Assembly (NCBI GenBank): GCA_900317165.1
Contig: ONFU01000014.1
Span: 1-58,100, forward strand
Length of the DNA: 58,100 nucleotides
Source: an uncultured Erysipelotrichaceae bacterium
Lineage (GTDB): Bacteria > Bacillota_I > Bacilli_A > RFN20 > CAG-826
Direction: 5' to 3'
Positions 48,418-57,923 of the stretch are shown here, piece by piece (the stretch's first letter is position 1; every line of letters starts with the position of its first letter). Position numbers and translations under genes: made by a program. The notes under the pieces were generated by a model that ran no database searches, was not told the DNA's origin, and saw only the letters and a program-made list of their open reading frames with translations.

Positions 48418-48576
48418 GTCAGCCAACGGATACCGTCCTCTTTGCGGCCTCTGCGTTGGACGCGTTAGAAAAGCGTGGCAAAGATCAGACGGGGCCCATC
48501 AAAAGGTACATCTGTGAATGGTAGGGCATCCATGAGGACGTATGATTCCTCTGTTAGGTGTCCATTTTCTTTTTTT
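48418..48576 (+). ncRNA. Candidate novel structured ncRNA, copy 1
   Basis: Stems CCAACG/CGTTGG, inner CCGT/GCGG, ACGC/GCGT, CAGA/TCTG; 3' GGGCATC..GAGGA/TCCTC..GGTGTCC hairpin followed by a U tract. Confidence 0.7.
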
Positions 48577-48584
48577 GGGGGGTA

Positions 48585-48612
48585 TTGAAATCCCCGCGTG
48601 GAAGCGTATATT
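48585..48612 (+). promoter_or_regulatory. sigma-A-like promoter of RNA unit 2
   Basis: TTGAAA-N16-TATATT; hexamers conserved with unit 1 while the spacer is not. Confidence 0.65.
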
Positions 48613-48615
48613 GGA

Positions 48616-48770
48616 GTCAGCCAGCGAAAGCAATTCACTTGCCTCTTGGGGCTGGACGCGCCGGAAAAGCGTGGCAAAGATCAGGCCAGGCCCATCGAAA
48701 GGTACACCTGTGAATGGTAGGGCATCCATGAGGACGTATGATTCCTCTGTAAGGTGTCCATTTTCTTTTT
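48616..48770 (+). ncRNA. Candidate novel structured ncRNA, copy 2
   Basis: Same stems with compensatory changes: CCAGC/GCTGG, inner GCAA/TTGC, CAGG/CCTG; same terminator. Confidence 0.7.
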
Positions 48771-48850
48771 ATGGGCGATACGAAATCTCATTTACGGTTT
48801 GTATATAAAAAAGCCTTTCTAAATAAAATCGAAAGGACCAAAATATCGTC

Positions 48851-49075
48851 ATGGCAGGATTCAACGAATACGTAGAGAAGAATTCACCCCTTGTTCCCTT
48901 TGGGGCGGGCTTCGCCGTCTTTGGCTTAGGCTTAGCTTGGACTGCTGCTAGCTTTACCATCAAGGATTCCTGGTGGTTCGCTATCCTGATCGCCGGGTTA
49001 TCGATATTCCTCCTTTCCGTTATCTGCCTGATATTAGGAATCCGTTCAAATCTCAAGCACCGCAAGAAGAAATAA
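48851..49075 (+). CDS. Small two-TM membrane protein
   Basis: Two hydrophobic helices, basic C-terminus. Confidence 0.6.
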   Translation: MAGFNEYVEKNSPLVPFGAGFAVFGLGLAWTAASFTIKDSWWFAILIAGLSIFLLSVICLILGIRSNLKHRKKK

Positions 49076-49160
49076 CCACCGCTTCATCTTATTAGATGGG
49101 AAACGGTGGTTTTTTTCATAGAAAAAGGCCACGCCGCGAGGGAATGGCCTTTGAGTTTGC

Positions 49161-51422
49161 TTAGGCTTGGTAGATAGCCATGTAATCGAGGTTGGAGCAA
49201 GCGTTCTTGGTGGTGAGGACGATGTCGTTCTCCCCTTCTTTTAAACCAAGGATCGCGATATCCCAATCGCACCAATTGTGGAATTCGCCCCAGCCGTGTT
49301 CCTCGGTTCCGCCGACTAAAGCGATATCGAGGAGATCCTCGTCGGAAGCATCCTCTCCGTTGATGGTAAGGGAGAAGAATTGCGAGAACCTATAAGTTTG
49401 GGTCCTTCTGGAGATGCGGAGGGAGATAAGGGCGTCATCCGCCTTTCCGTTGACCTTGAAGCCAATGGTGATGCCCGCGTTAGGATTGAGCTCGGACAAA
49501 TAGGCGTTATTGGAGACTTCCTCGCCTTCGTTCTTGGGGCTCTTGACGACCGCCGGTTCGGTGAAGGCCGCTTCTTCGGCTTCATATTTGACGGGGGTCT
49601 TGCCTTCTTTAAAGGCATCGGCTTTAGCGATGGCCTCGCTATCATCGATGGTTTCGCCACCGGGGTTCCAGCCGCCTCCTCCTGGCCAATCTCCTCCGCC
49701 AGGCCAATCTCCGCCTCCTGGCCAATCGCCGCCGCCAGGCCATCCGCCACCGCCATTATTCGGTGGGACGTTGCCGTCAAAGGCGGTATTGAGGTAATTG
49801 AAACGGGTGCTGACCCAATCTTTTAAGAGGGCTTCGCATTCGGCTTCAGTCGTGCAGGGGAAATAGATCTCGCGGACTTCGTTGGAGACGTTTTGGTCAA
49901 CGTTGTTTTGGCCCATCGTATGGGGCCATTTATCGAAGTTGAGTTTGTAATCGGGCGCATATTTGGTGGAATACTCGTCGATCATGCGGAGGGCCTTGGT
50001 GAAGAAGCCCTTGTTATAGAGGCCACTCCAACGGGCTTGGACCTTCTCCATGAACCATTTGGAATTGGTGAGCATCGAAACCCAGGGGTTCGAACTTCTC
50101 GAGGCGAACATCTCGGAAGCGTTCTCGACGACACCCTTCTTTAATCCCAAAGAGGAATCCCAGTCCCATGGGCAGGTGAGGGTCAATAGGTGATTAGCCT
50201 CGGGGGCCATATCAAGGGAGAGGTAGAACGAGGAATGGGCGATATCGGCGTCGCAGCAGATCTCGCTCATGATGTACATGTTGACGAAGGAATTGATATC
50301 GATGGTCTTGCCTAAGGCAACTGCCGGATCGGTCTCCTCGCTATCGACGAGTGTTTCGACTCCCTCATTTACCGCGATTTCCTGGAGTTTGTTGTTGAAA
50401 ACCGCGTTATAGATGACCGTGTAGCAATTCTTGAGGTGGTTCTTCAAGAAGGCGATTTGCGCATCGTCATAGATCTTCGAGGAAATGGTATAGCCGGTGG
50501 AATCGGATTCCTGACCTTGGGCCCTGGTCGTGATCTTCTGGGGGATATAATCGGCATTGGAGAATTCGAAGGTCGGGTCGCCATCTTCCTTAGCGGCTTC
50601 TTCCGTCCAATAGCAATCGTATTCGAAGAAATAGCCGATATCGGTGCCGGTGTAGTTCTTCTCGGGCTCACTGATATTGACCCTGCCTTTTCCGACTTCC
50701 TTATTGTCGGTAAGGAGGTACATGCCCCAATAGGAATCGTTAAGGTAGAGGTGGACCGGGGTGAAGGTTGGGCAAAAATAATCCTCCATGAGGGTATCGC
50801 CTAGATAGAAGGCGAGGGCGTTACGCATCATGGATGGGTCTTTGACATCCGCGAGGAGGACCCACTTTTTGAATTTGTTCCCCTTATTTAAACCAAAGAG
50901 GTTCTGTTTGGAATCGAAGGCGATTTGGAAAGGCTTCTTCACGTAATTCGAGGTGTAATTGCCGCGGACTTTCATGGTCGCGGCGAGATCCTCGACTAGA
51001 TATGCCTCATCGCAATTCGCGGTGGAGATGGTCCCATTTACCTTCGGCTTATCTGTGTTCTTGTTGGGGGTGGTGGCCCATTTTAGGTCCGCCCCTTCTT
51101 CCGTGGTGAAATGGATTTCGGGGGCCTTATCGAAGATCACATAATCCTTGAGGTCCTCCGCGGGCTCGATTTCGCTTTGGCTAGAAACCGGTTCTTCCGA
51201 AGAGGATTCGATTGATTCGGCCGAGGTCTTGGATTCGCTAGATTCGAGATTCGAAGAGGAACCGGGATTGGTCGAGCTACTGGCTGGGGGGTTTGTTTCC
51301 GTCTTAGAGGACGTTTCGCTTTCCTTTTGGGAGGAACCTGGGTCCGACGCCTCGGGTTTCCCGCCGCAAGAGAGGAGCAAAAACGGGACGGAAAGGAATA
51401 AAACGTATTTTCCGATTTTCAT
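49161..51422 (-). CDS. CotH kinase-family lipoprotein with GGGDWP repeats and a C-terminal carbohydrate-binding-like domain
   Basis: Lipobox LLSC; KVRGNYT...KKPF, KKWVLLA..KDPSMMRN, YWGMYLL, PWDWDSSLG; C-terminal YEAEEA...NLDY. Confidence 0.85.
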   Translation of the reverse strand: MKIGKYVLFLSVPFLLLSCGGKPEASDPGSSQKESETSSKTETNPPASSSTNPGSSSNLESSESKTSAESIESSSEEPVSSQSEIEPAEDLKDYVIFDKAPEIHFTTEEGADLKWATTPNKNTDKPKVNGTISTANCDEAYLVEDLAATMKVRGNYTSNYVKKPFQIAFDSKQNLFGLNKGNKFKKWVLLADVKDPSMMRNALAFYLGDTLMEDYFCPTFTPVHLYLNDSYWGMYLLTDNKEVGKGRVNISEPEKNYTGTDIGYFFEYDCYWTEEAAKEDGDPTFEFSNADYIPQKITTRAQGQESDSTGYTISSKIYDDAQIAFLKNHLKNCYTVIYNAVFNNKLQEIAVNEGVETLVDSEETDPAVALGKTIDINSFVNMYIMSEICCDADIAHSSFYLSLDMAPEANHLLTLTCPWDWDSSLGLKKGVVENASEMFASRSSNPWVSMLTNSKWFMEKVQARWSGLYNKGFFTKALRMIDEYSTKYAPDYKLNFDKWPHTMGQNNVDQNVSNEVREIYFPCTTEAECEALLKDWVSTRFNYLNTAFDGNVPPNNGGGGWPGGGDWPGGGDWPGGGDWPGGGGWNPGGETIDDSEAIAKADAFKEGKTPVKYEAEEAAFTEPAVVKSPKNEGEEVSNNAYLSELNPNAGITIGFKVNGKADDALISLRISRRTQTYRFSQFFSLTINGEDASDEDLLDIALVGGTEEHGWGEFHNWCDWDIAILGLKEGENDIVLTTKNACSNLDYMAIYQA
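49667..49755 (-). repeat. 18-bp coding tandem repeat (GGG[G/D]WP x4)
   Basis: Translation NNGGGGWPGGGDWPGGGDWPGGGDWPGGGGWNP. Confidence 0.85.
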
Positions 51423-51779
51423 AAGAAAACGCTCCTTTATGGGAAAATTGTATGATAGGGCAAGTTTTCCTCATGGACATAGTTGACTTTTGATTGACGA
51501 CAATTAAGCGATTTTATTTTTAATAAACGCCTTTTATATGTGTAATTAAGAAAGTCAAAAAGCATCATTTGCCCATAAATTAGCTCCGTAAAACATCGTT
51601 TCAATCGCAGAAATTGGGAGAAAATTCTTTGATGGGTTTTCTCTTTTCCTCTATTAGTTGACAAGAGAATCAGCAAAAGGAAAGCAAAATAATCATTTAG
51701 GCAAGTAAGCGTTTTCCTCTTGCGCGTATACGCATGGAAGAATAAACTTCCTCTCGGCCAAAATTAGGAGGTTAGGATT

Positions 51780-53627
51780 ATGGAAATAAGAAACATCGCG
51801 ATCATCGCCCATGTCGACCACGGGAAGACCACCCTCGTCAATTCCTTGCTTTCCTCTTCCGGGACCTTCCGCGACAATGAGGCGGTCATCGATAGGGTGA
51901 TGGATTCCAACCCCCAGGAAAGGGAAAGGGGCATCACGATCCTTGCGAAGACCACTTCATTCGTCTATAAGGACACCAAAATCAACATCGTCGATACCCC
52001 GGGGCACGCGGATTTTGGGGGCGAGGTCGAACGCATCATGCATATGGTCGATGGCTGTTTGCTCCTTGTCGATGCCTTCGAGGGGACGATGCCCCAGACG
52101 AGGTTCGTCCTTAAAAACGCGCTCGAAAACCACATCAAGCCGATCGTCGTCATCAATAAGGTCGACCGTCCCAACGCGGATCCCCTTAAAGCGGTCGATG
52201 AGGTCTTGGATCTATTCATCCAACTCGGGGCTCCTGACGACATGCTCGAATTCCCCGTCGTCTATACTAGCGCCCTTAACGGCACTTCCTCCTATGATCC
52301 AGAGCCAGAAAGCCAAAAGAAAGGGATGGACCCCGTCTTTGAGACGATATTAAGGGAAATCCCGAAGCCCATAGCCGATAAGGAAGGGCCCTTCCGTTTC
52401 CAACCCGCCCTTCTCGACTATAACGAATTCGTCGGAAGAATCGGGATCGGCACGGTTAGGGGAGGAAAAGTCAAGGTGGGCGACATCATCACCGATATCC
52501 ATCATGATGGCTCCACGAAGGACTTCAAGGTCATGAAGTTATATACCTTCCATGGCTTAAGGAGAGTTGAGGCAAACGAGGTCGAATCGGGCGATATCTG
52601 CGCGATCGCCGGTAACCCCGAGATGAACGTCGGGGAGACATTCGTCACCCCCGGGGCCATCAATCCCTTACCGCTTCTTCGCATCGATGAACCAACCCTC
52701 CAAATGGAATTCGGGACCAATTCCTCACCTTTGCGCGGGCAAGACGGCAAATTCGTGACCGCGCGCGTCATCGAGGACCGTCTTTACCAAGAGGTCCAAC
52801 GCGATGTCTCCCTTCGCTTCAAGAGAATTCCGAATACGGAGACTTGGTCAGTCGCAGGGCGCGGTGAACTCCATCTTTCCGTCTTGATTGAGACCATGAG
52901 GCGCGAAGGCTATGAGCTTGAGGTCTCCAAGCCCCACGTCATCATCAAGGAGATCGACGGGGAGAAATGCGAGCCATATGAAGATGTTCAAATCGACGTC
53001 CCGAGCGAATTCGTCGGGGATATCATGGAGACCCTTGGCAATAGGGGAGGTCAGATGACCGATATGGTCGAAAATAACGATCAAACCCGTCTCCAATATA
53101 TCATCCCTTCCAGAGGATTGCTTGGATTCGTCTCCAATTTCCTTACCTTAACCAAAGGTTATGGCATCATCAACCATACCTTCCGCGAATATCGTCCTAT
53201 GTATAACCATAACGTCGGGGAACGTAACCTCGGGGTCCTCGTCTCCGTCGATAAAGGCCCGGCGACCCCTTATTCCATCGAAAAAGTCGAGGAGCATGGC
53301 ACGATGTTCATCACCCCGGGCACGATCACCTATGAAGGGATGATCGTCGGGGAACACCGTTACCCGGTCGATCTAGCCGTTAACGTCACCGCCCAAAAGC
53401 CCCAGACCAACGTCCGTTCCTCCAATAAAGACCAAACGGTGGTCCTAAAAAGCCCAAGGAAGATGACACTTGAAGCATGTCTAGATTACATCAATTCCGA
53501 TGAGCTCGTGGAGATTACCCCTAGTGCCTTCCGCATGAGGAAGCGCATCCTCTCCACCCCCGAAAGGAAGAAATTCGACGCGAAGAAAAAAGCGGAGGAC
53601 GAAGCCCTCCGCGAAGGGAATAACTAA
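51780..53627 (+). CDS. typA: Translational GTPase TypA/BipA
   Basis: [45 protein letters not shown]. Confidence 0.97.
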   Translation: MEIRNIAIIAHVDHGKTTLVNSLLSSSGTFRDNEAVIDRVMDSNPQERERGITILAKTTSFVYKDTKINIVDTPGHADFGGEVERIMHMVDGCLLLVDAFEGTMPQTRFVLKNALENHIKPIVVINKVDRPNADPLKAVDEVLDLFIQLGAPDDMLEFPVVYTSALNGTSSYDPEPESQKKGMDPVFETILREIPKPIADKEGPFRFQPALLDYNEFVGRIGIGTVRGGKVKVGDIITDIHHDGSTKDFKVMKLYTFHGLRRVEANEVESGDICAIAGNPEMNVGETFVTPGAINPLPLLRIDEPTLQMEFGTNSSPLRGQDGKFVTARVIEDRLYQEVQRDVSLRFKRIPNTETWSVAGRGELHLSVLIETMRREGYELEVSKPHVIIKEIDGEKCEPYEDVQIDVPSEFVGDIMETLGNRGGQMTDMVENNDQTRLQYIIPSRGLLGFVSNFLTLTKGYGIINHTFREYRPMYNHNVGERNLGVLVSVDKGPATPYSIEKVEEHGTMFITPGTITYEGMIVGEHRYPVDLAVNVTAQKPQTNVRSSNKDQTVVLKSPRKMTLEACLDYINSDELVEITPSAFRMRKRILSTPERKKFDAKKKAEDEALREGNN

Positions 53628-53628
53628 A

Positions 53629-54525
53629 TCATTCGTTAAGGAGATCCAGCAGGGTCTCCTTATCTTTTTCTAATTGGGCTTTTAGGCCATTGAGGTCCTT
53701 GAATTCGATGATGTCCCTCACCCTTTTTAGGAAAGCAAAGCTTACTTGCCTTCCATAAATCTCCTCATCGAAATCTAGGAGATGCCCTTCGATTGAGAGG
53801 CTTTTTCCTTTGACGGTTGGGTTATGGCCAACCGATATCATCGCCTTATATGGACGTCCGCGGACATATACTAGTCCTGCATAGACCCCTTCTTTAGGGA
53901 CGATGTTATTAAAGGAAGGGAGGAGGTTAAGGGTTGGGAAACCTATGGTCCTTCCGATTTTATTGCCTTCGATGACCTTCCCCTCTATTTCATAAGGGTA
54001 ACCTAGGTTAGAGTTAGCTTTTTCGATATCACCATCAAGGAGATATCTTCTGATATTCGAGGAAGAGATTTTGATTCCTTCCTTTATAAGCAAGGGGATG
54101 ACATGGACCTTGAAGCCCGCTTCGATTAAGGTATCGGTATTGCCAGTCGCGTCCTTCCCATATCGATAATCCTCCCCGACGAAGACTTCCTTGACCCCTA
54201 TATCGAATAGGAGCTTTTCGAATTGCTTATGGGTAAGAGAGAAGAATTCCTCGTTGGCCTCGATTATATAGGCGGCTTCATAACGGTTGATTTTAGCTTG
54301 CCTTATCTTTTGTTCCAAAGAAGTTAGATAGGGGGCGTCCAATTTACTCAATACGCATGTAGGGGAAATCGAGAAAAGGAGGATCGCGTTAAGATAGCTA
54401 GATTCATAACGGGCGGTTCTTGCCAAAAACGCATGCCCTTCATGGAAGCCATCGAAGGTCCCTAAAGAGATGGAGAGGTTTTCCTTCTTTGGAAGAGAGG
54501 ATAAGGAAAAAGAGACGATATCCAT
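53629..54525 (-). CDS. ribF: Bifunctional riboflavin kinase/FAD synthetase
   Basis: GTFDGFHEGH, KISSSNIR, GRTIGFPTLN, G.NPT; start trimmed to MDIVSF. Confidence 0.93.
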   Translation of the reverse strand: MDIVSFSLSSLPKKENLSISLGTFDGFHEGHAFLARTARYESSYLNAILLFSISPTCVLSKLDAPYLTSLEQKIRQAKINRYEAAYIIEANEEFFSLTHKQFEKLLFDIGVKEVFVGEDYRYGKDATGNTDTLIEAGFKVHVIPLLIKEGIKISSSNIRRYLLDGDIEKANSNLGYPYEIEGKVIEGNKIGRTIGFPTLNLLPSFNNIVPKEGVYAGLVYVRGRPYKAMISVGHNPTVKGKSLSIEGHLLDFDEEIYGRQVSFAFLKRVRDIIEFKDLNGLKAQLEKDKETLLDLLNE

Positions 54526-54529
54526 AATA

Positions 54530-55378
54530 TTAGAATAACCCCCTTTCGGCCTTATAGACCCCTTCTTCCTCCGTTTTGATATAGACCGAGATCGGTTTAT
54601 CTTCATAGACAAGGAGGATCCTTTCATCCTTGAAGGGGAAAGATAACCTAACCCCGTTAACGGCTTTTCCCTTGATGGAAGCATCGATTTCAACGTGCCT
54701 TAAGGAAATATAAGGAAGAGGGTTCCTTAAGGAAGAGATATCAATATCATCGAGATTGACCATCTCCTCTTCCTTAATGGAATCGATGCTTAATCTCCTT
54801 AGACTTTCTAGATAACCAATCGTTCCTAACTTAGAAGCGATATCCTCTCCTAACGTCCTGATATATGTCCCTCTAGATACCTCACATTCAAAGGTAAGGC
54901 GATTATCTTCATAATCAAGAAGCTTAATCGAGTAGACGGTGATGTCCCTTGGCTTTCTTTCTATTTCCTCTCCGCGGATCGCCTTTTTATATAGGGCTTC
55001 CCCGTTGATTTTGATCGCGCTTCTCATTGGGGGGATTTGGGTGGATTCGCCTAAAAAGGAGGATAACGTGTCTTCGATTTTCGCTTTGTCGAGCATTGGG
55101 ATTTCCTTTTCTTCGATGATATTCCCGGTCAAATCCCCCGAATCGGTTTTCTTGCCTAAAATAAGGGTTGCCCGATAGGTCTTTTTGGAATCATCGATAT
55201 AAGTTAGGGCCTTATTGCCCTTATTGACCCCGATTATCAACATCCCCGAAGCAAAGGGATCAAGGGTCCCTAGATGCCCGACATGACGGGAAGAGAAAAG
55301 ATGGCCGATTCTATTATCGATGGCCCTAGAAGTTAGGCCAACTGGCTTATCAATTATCAGGATGCCCTCATTTTCCAT
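54530..55378 (-). CDS. truB: tRNA pseudouridine(55) synthase
   Basis: GHLGTLDPFASG, SRGTYIRTL. Confidence 0.96.
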   Translation of the reverse strand: MENEGILIIDKPVGLTSRAIDNRIGHLFSSRHVGHLGTLDPFASGMLIIGVNKGNKALTYIDDSKKTYRATLILGKKTDSGDLTGNIIEEKEIPMLDKAKIEDTLSSFLGESTQIPPMRSAIKINGEALYKKAIRGEEIERKPRDITVYSIKLLDYEDNRLTFECEVSRGTYIRTLGEDIASKLGTIGYLESLRRLSIDSIKEEEMVNLDDIDISSLRNPLPYISLRHVEIDASIKGKAVNGVRLSFPFKDERILLVYEDKPISVYIKTEEEGVYKAERGLF

Positions 55379-55561
55379 AGGCTAAAGTATCCCCTTAAAA
55401 GGGGAAAGATGCAACAAGTGGAAGGTAAATAAAGGGTTTGGTGGTTTTCCCACTTTCAGTCAATATGATGTCCGTTTATTCGGGTGTCTTAACCTACAAA
55501 ATTCGATTAAACGCGGACCAAAAACGTTTGGAGCGGTCGTCAAGACTACTTGATTAGAGAT

Positions 55562-56956
55562 TTATTTAATTGGGTATGTTGGTGACCATTCAAATAAAAG
55601 ATAGGCCATGTAATGAGGAATTGTTAAAATGCCGTTAGCGAAACCGATATTTGATTCTTTGATACGAATGAGTTTTGTTTTTCCATAATGATCCGGATGG
55701 GCCAAAACTGTTTTAGCGCTTTTTGTATTGCCATCGGTGGATTTAACTTCAAGAATAGTCGCCTCGCCGCCAATGTTAACAACGAAATCGAGCTCTAAAC
55801 CTGTATCTTTGGCAAAATAGAATAATGTGCCGCCTCTTTTATGAAGAGCATCGGCAACGAGCCCTTCGTAGACCATTCCTTTGCCCATTCCCAAATTTCC
55901 CGACATGATAGCATCGGTCGTTCCGTCTTCTAATAGTCCAACCAGCATTCCTATATCCGTAGGGAATACTTTGAATTGGTTTTGGATAACGTTTACCGAT
56001 AGGGGCGTAGCTGGAACATCAAGGTTATGAACTTTCAAAACTACTCCAGTGTCCTTTAAATAATCTAGTGCGTCCTTACCGGCGTCTTTGGCGCCTTTGC
56101 CTTCTATTTTGGAAACGACATATCTTTTGTTTTCTTTTCCTAAGAATGAGGGAATGAGCGAAAAAGCATTTCTTATCCTTGCCACTTCGTTTGGTTGGAA
56201 AAGCGGCTTTTTGTTTTTTCCACGTCTTCTGCCGAAATCATCTTGCAAATCTTTGGTAATGCGGCGCGTTATTTGGAGCGATGAGTAAATGTTGTTGGTT
56301 AAAACATAGTTTTTAACCGCTTCTGGGAACCCGCCTACACAAAGGTATTCCCTAAATAATCGAGTGAAAGATTCATGCATGGAATTTGATAATGGCTCTT
56401 TGGCATTAAAAGCCTTCCTGATAAAAGCTATTTGCTCATCCTTATATCCCTTGGCCCATAAGAATTCTTCGAAATCCATTGTCCTCATATCGAATGGTTC
56501 TGTACTTCCAACCGGTTTGGCTGTGTCGTCTCCAACCGCATATCCATTGACACCTAAATATGAACCGGAGGCTATAAAATCGAATCTTGTTTCCTTTTCG
56601 TTGGTTTTTAAAGACAGCAAAGCCCTTGGACAATCTTGAACTTCATCAAAAATGAAAACCGTTCTCCCCTGCACAAGGCTTGGCAATGGCAACTTAACGG
56701 ATAATTCCGTAATGATGGTATCTATATCGAGCTTTCCATCAAAGGCGTCAATGAGTTCGGGATTGTCCCAGAAATTTAGATATACAACAACATCGTAATT
56801 GTTCTTGTTATACGCGAATTTCTTTATGGCGTGCGTTTTTCCCGATTGTCTAATCCCTTTTATTAATGCCGGCTTATGATTTGGGGTGTTTTTCCAATGA
56901 AGAAGCCATTCGTCTATGCGTCTATGCAATTCTAATTCTTGTTCTTTCATGTGCAT
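55562..56956 (-). CDS. AAA-family ATPase with DUF4143 and a C-terminal PD-(D/E)xK-like region
   Basis: GIRQSGKT, IFDEVQ, ASGS, MDFEEF, GGFPE, K.F..D.G, ELDFVV...LEVKS; visibly more AT-rich than flanking genes. Confidence 0.88.
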   Translation of the reverse strand: MHMKEQELELHRRIDEWLLHWKNTPNHKPALIKGIRQSGKTHAIKKFAYNKNNYDVVVYLNFWDNPELIDAFDGKLDIDTIITELSVKLPLPSLVQGRTVFIFDEVQDCPRALLSLKTNEKETRFDFIASGSYLGVNGYAVGDDTAKPVGSTEPFDMRTMDFEEFLWAKGYKDEQIAFIRKAFNAKEPLSNSMHESFTRLFREYLCVGGFPEAVKNYVLTNNIYSSLQITRRITKDLQDDFGRRRGKNKKPLFQPNEVARIRNAFSLIPSFLGKENKRYVVSKIEGKGAKDAGKDALDYLKDTGVVLKVHNLDVPATPLSVNVIQNQFKVFPTDIGMLVGLLEDGTTDAIMSGNLGMGKGMVYEGLVADALHKRGGTLFYFAKDTGLELDFVVNIGGEATILEVKSTDGNTKSAKTVLAHPDHYGKTKLIRIKESNIGFANGILTIPHYMAYLLFEWSPTYPIK

Positions 56957-56979
56957 TAACCTCGATGTAATAATACACT

Positions 56980-57106
56980 ATTTCGGAAAAAACTGAACGA
57001 CTTTTTTATGCATTTCGGAAAATTCCAAGGGAGTTTTTATATAGATTTCGGAAAATTCCAATGGAGTTTTGTTATAGGTTTCGGAAAAAACCAAGGGAGT
57101 TTTTAA
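56980..57106. repeat. Four ~33-bp imperfect direct repeats
   Basis: TTTCGGAAAA cores at 56981, 57013, 57046 and 57079, followed by (CCAAGG)GAGTTTT-like tails. Confidence 0.9.
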
Positions 57107-57239
57107 CTTTAAGATAGTCGGCTGAACCGTAAAAAGGGCCATTATGATTTATGCGCACGTATAGGAGGGCGCGCAAAGCAAAATAATCAATGGAAAGAGA
57201 GAAGATGAAATAATAGAATATTCGCCGAGGAAAAACCTA

Positions 57240-57911
57240 GTGAAGACCCGTTTCAAAGTAATGATAGTTAGCCTTAGCGCCCTTACCGCCCTTCTTCTTG
57301 CTGGGGTAGCCGCCCCTTTAACCGTATATGGGATTAGAAGCGCAAGGCTCCATGATGATTATTCAAGCCTTGCCGAAGAATACAAAACGAAAGTGGAGAT
57401 CACCGATCTCGGACTTATCAAGCAAGAGATTTCCTGCGGGTATGCCTGCATCGAAATGGTCTCTTCATATTATGGGAATAAGATAACCGAAGCCGAATTA
57501 AGCGAGAAGAATAACGGGGCCATCACCACTTCTTCGACGAACGGCTTCCTCGTGGAGATTAGCAAAACCCTTCCCAACAAGACATTCGTGAAGAACACCT
57601 ATCTTAAGGATTCCGCCTTCTTGAAGGAAATCCATATATCCTTAAGCAAGAGGAACCCCGTCGTCATCGAATGGGCCGCGAAATATGAAAACGAATGGAC
57701 CCTCCATTATTCGGTGGTCACCTCCATCGATATCGGGAATGATTTGATCAAGGTCAATAACCCTTATGGATATATAGAGGAATTGAAAATCAAGGAATTC
57801 TTGGATAGGACGAGCTTCGATGCCTATAAGGGGATGCCCTTCTTCCTCACGTTTGGCTTTGCCTATAACGCCTTCCATAAAAACGCGTTGATCCACGTTA
57901 AAAACGCATAA
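57240..57911 (+). CDS. Membrane-anchored C39-like (papain-fold) peptidase
   Basis: N-terminal TM; QEISCGYAC, LHYSVV, VNNPYG catalytic pattern. Confidence 0.75.
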   Translation: MKTRFKVMIVSLSALTALLLAGVAAPLTVYGIRSARLHDDYSSLAEEYKTKVEITDLGLIKQEISCGYACIEMVSSYYGNKITEAELSEKNNGAITTSSTNGFLVEISKTLPNKTFVKNTYLKDSAFLKEIHISLSKRNPVVIEWAAKYENEWTLHYSVVTSIDIGNDLIKVNNPYGYIEELKIKEFLDRTSFDAYKGMPFFLTFGFAYNAFHKNALIHVKNA

Positions 57912-57923
57912 TCCCTTATCTAG

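Larger units (their letters stand above)
48380..48770 (+). repeat. Two tandem ~198-bp units, each promoter + structured RNA + terminator
   Basis: TATATTGGAGTCAGCCA at 48409 and 48607; the 3' ~105 nt of the two units differ by 6 substitutions. Confidence 0.92.

Noticed and set aside
48616..48700. c-di-GMP-I riboswitch (GCGAAAGC, GGACGC, GCAAAG fragments)
   Set aside because: Fragment order and spacing do not fit the two-stem aptamer, copy 1 lacks the GAAA tetraloop, and unit 1 has no downstream gene to regulate.
48418..48770. Hammerhead ribozyme or IS110 bridge RNA
   Set aside because: No CUGAUGA/GAAA core on either strand, and no IS110 recombinase or element ends nearby.
48465..48808. Short ORFs (70-88 aa) over the tandem units
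   Set aside because: No RBS, the frames are not preserved between the two copies, and substitutions follow base pairing rather than codons.
51627..51665. Fourth copy of the 40-bp promoter motif (CCTCTATTAGTT)
   Set aside because: Only the downstream half matches; TGAGCC and TTCG are absent at the required spacing.
56980..57106. CRISPR array
   Set aside because: The units are contiguous imperfect repeats with no unique spacers, and there are no cas genes in the window.
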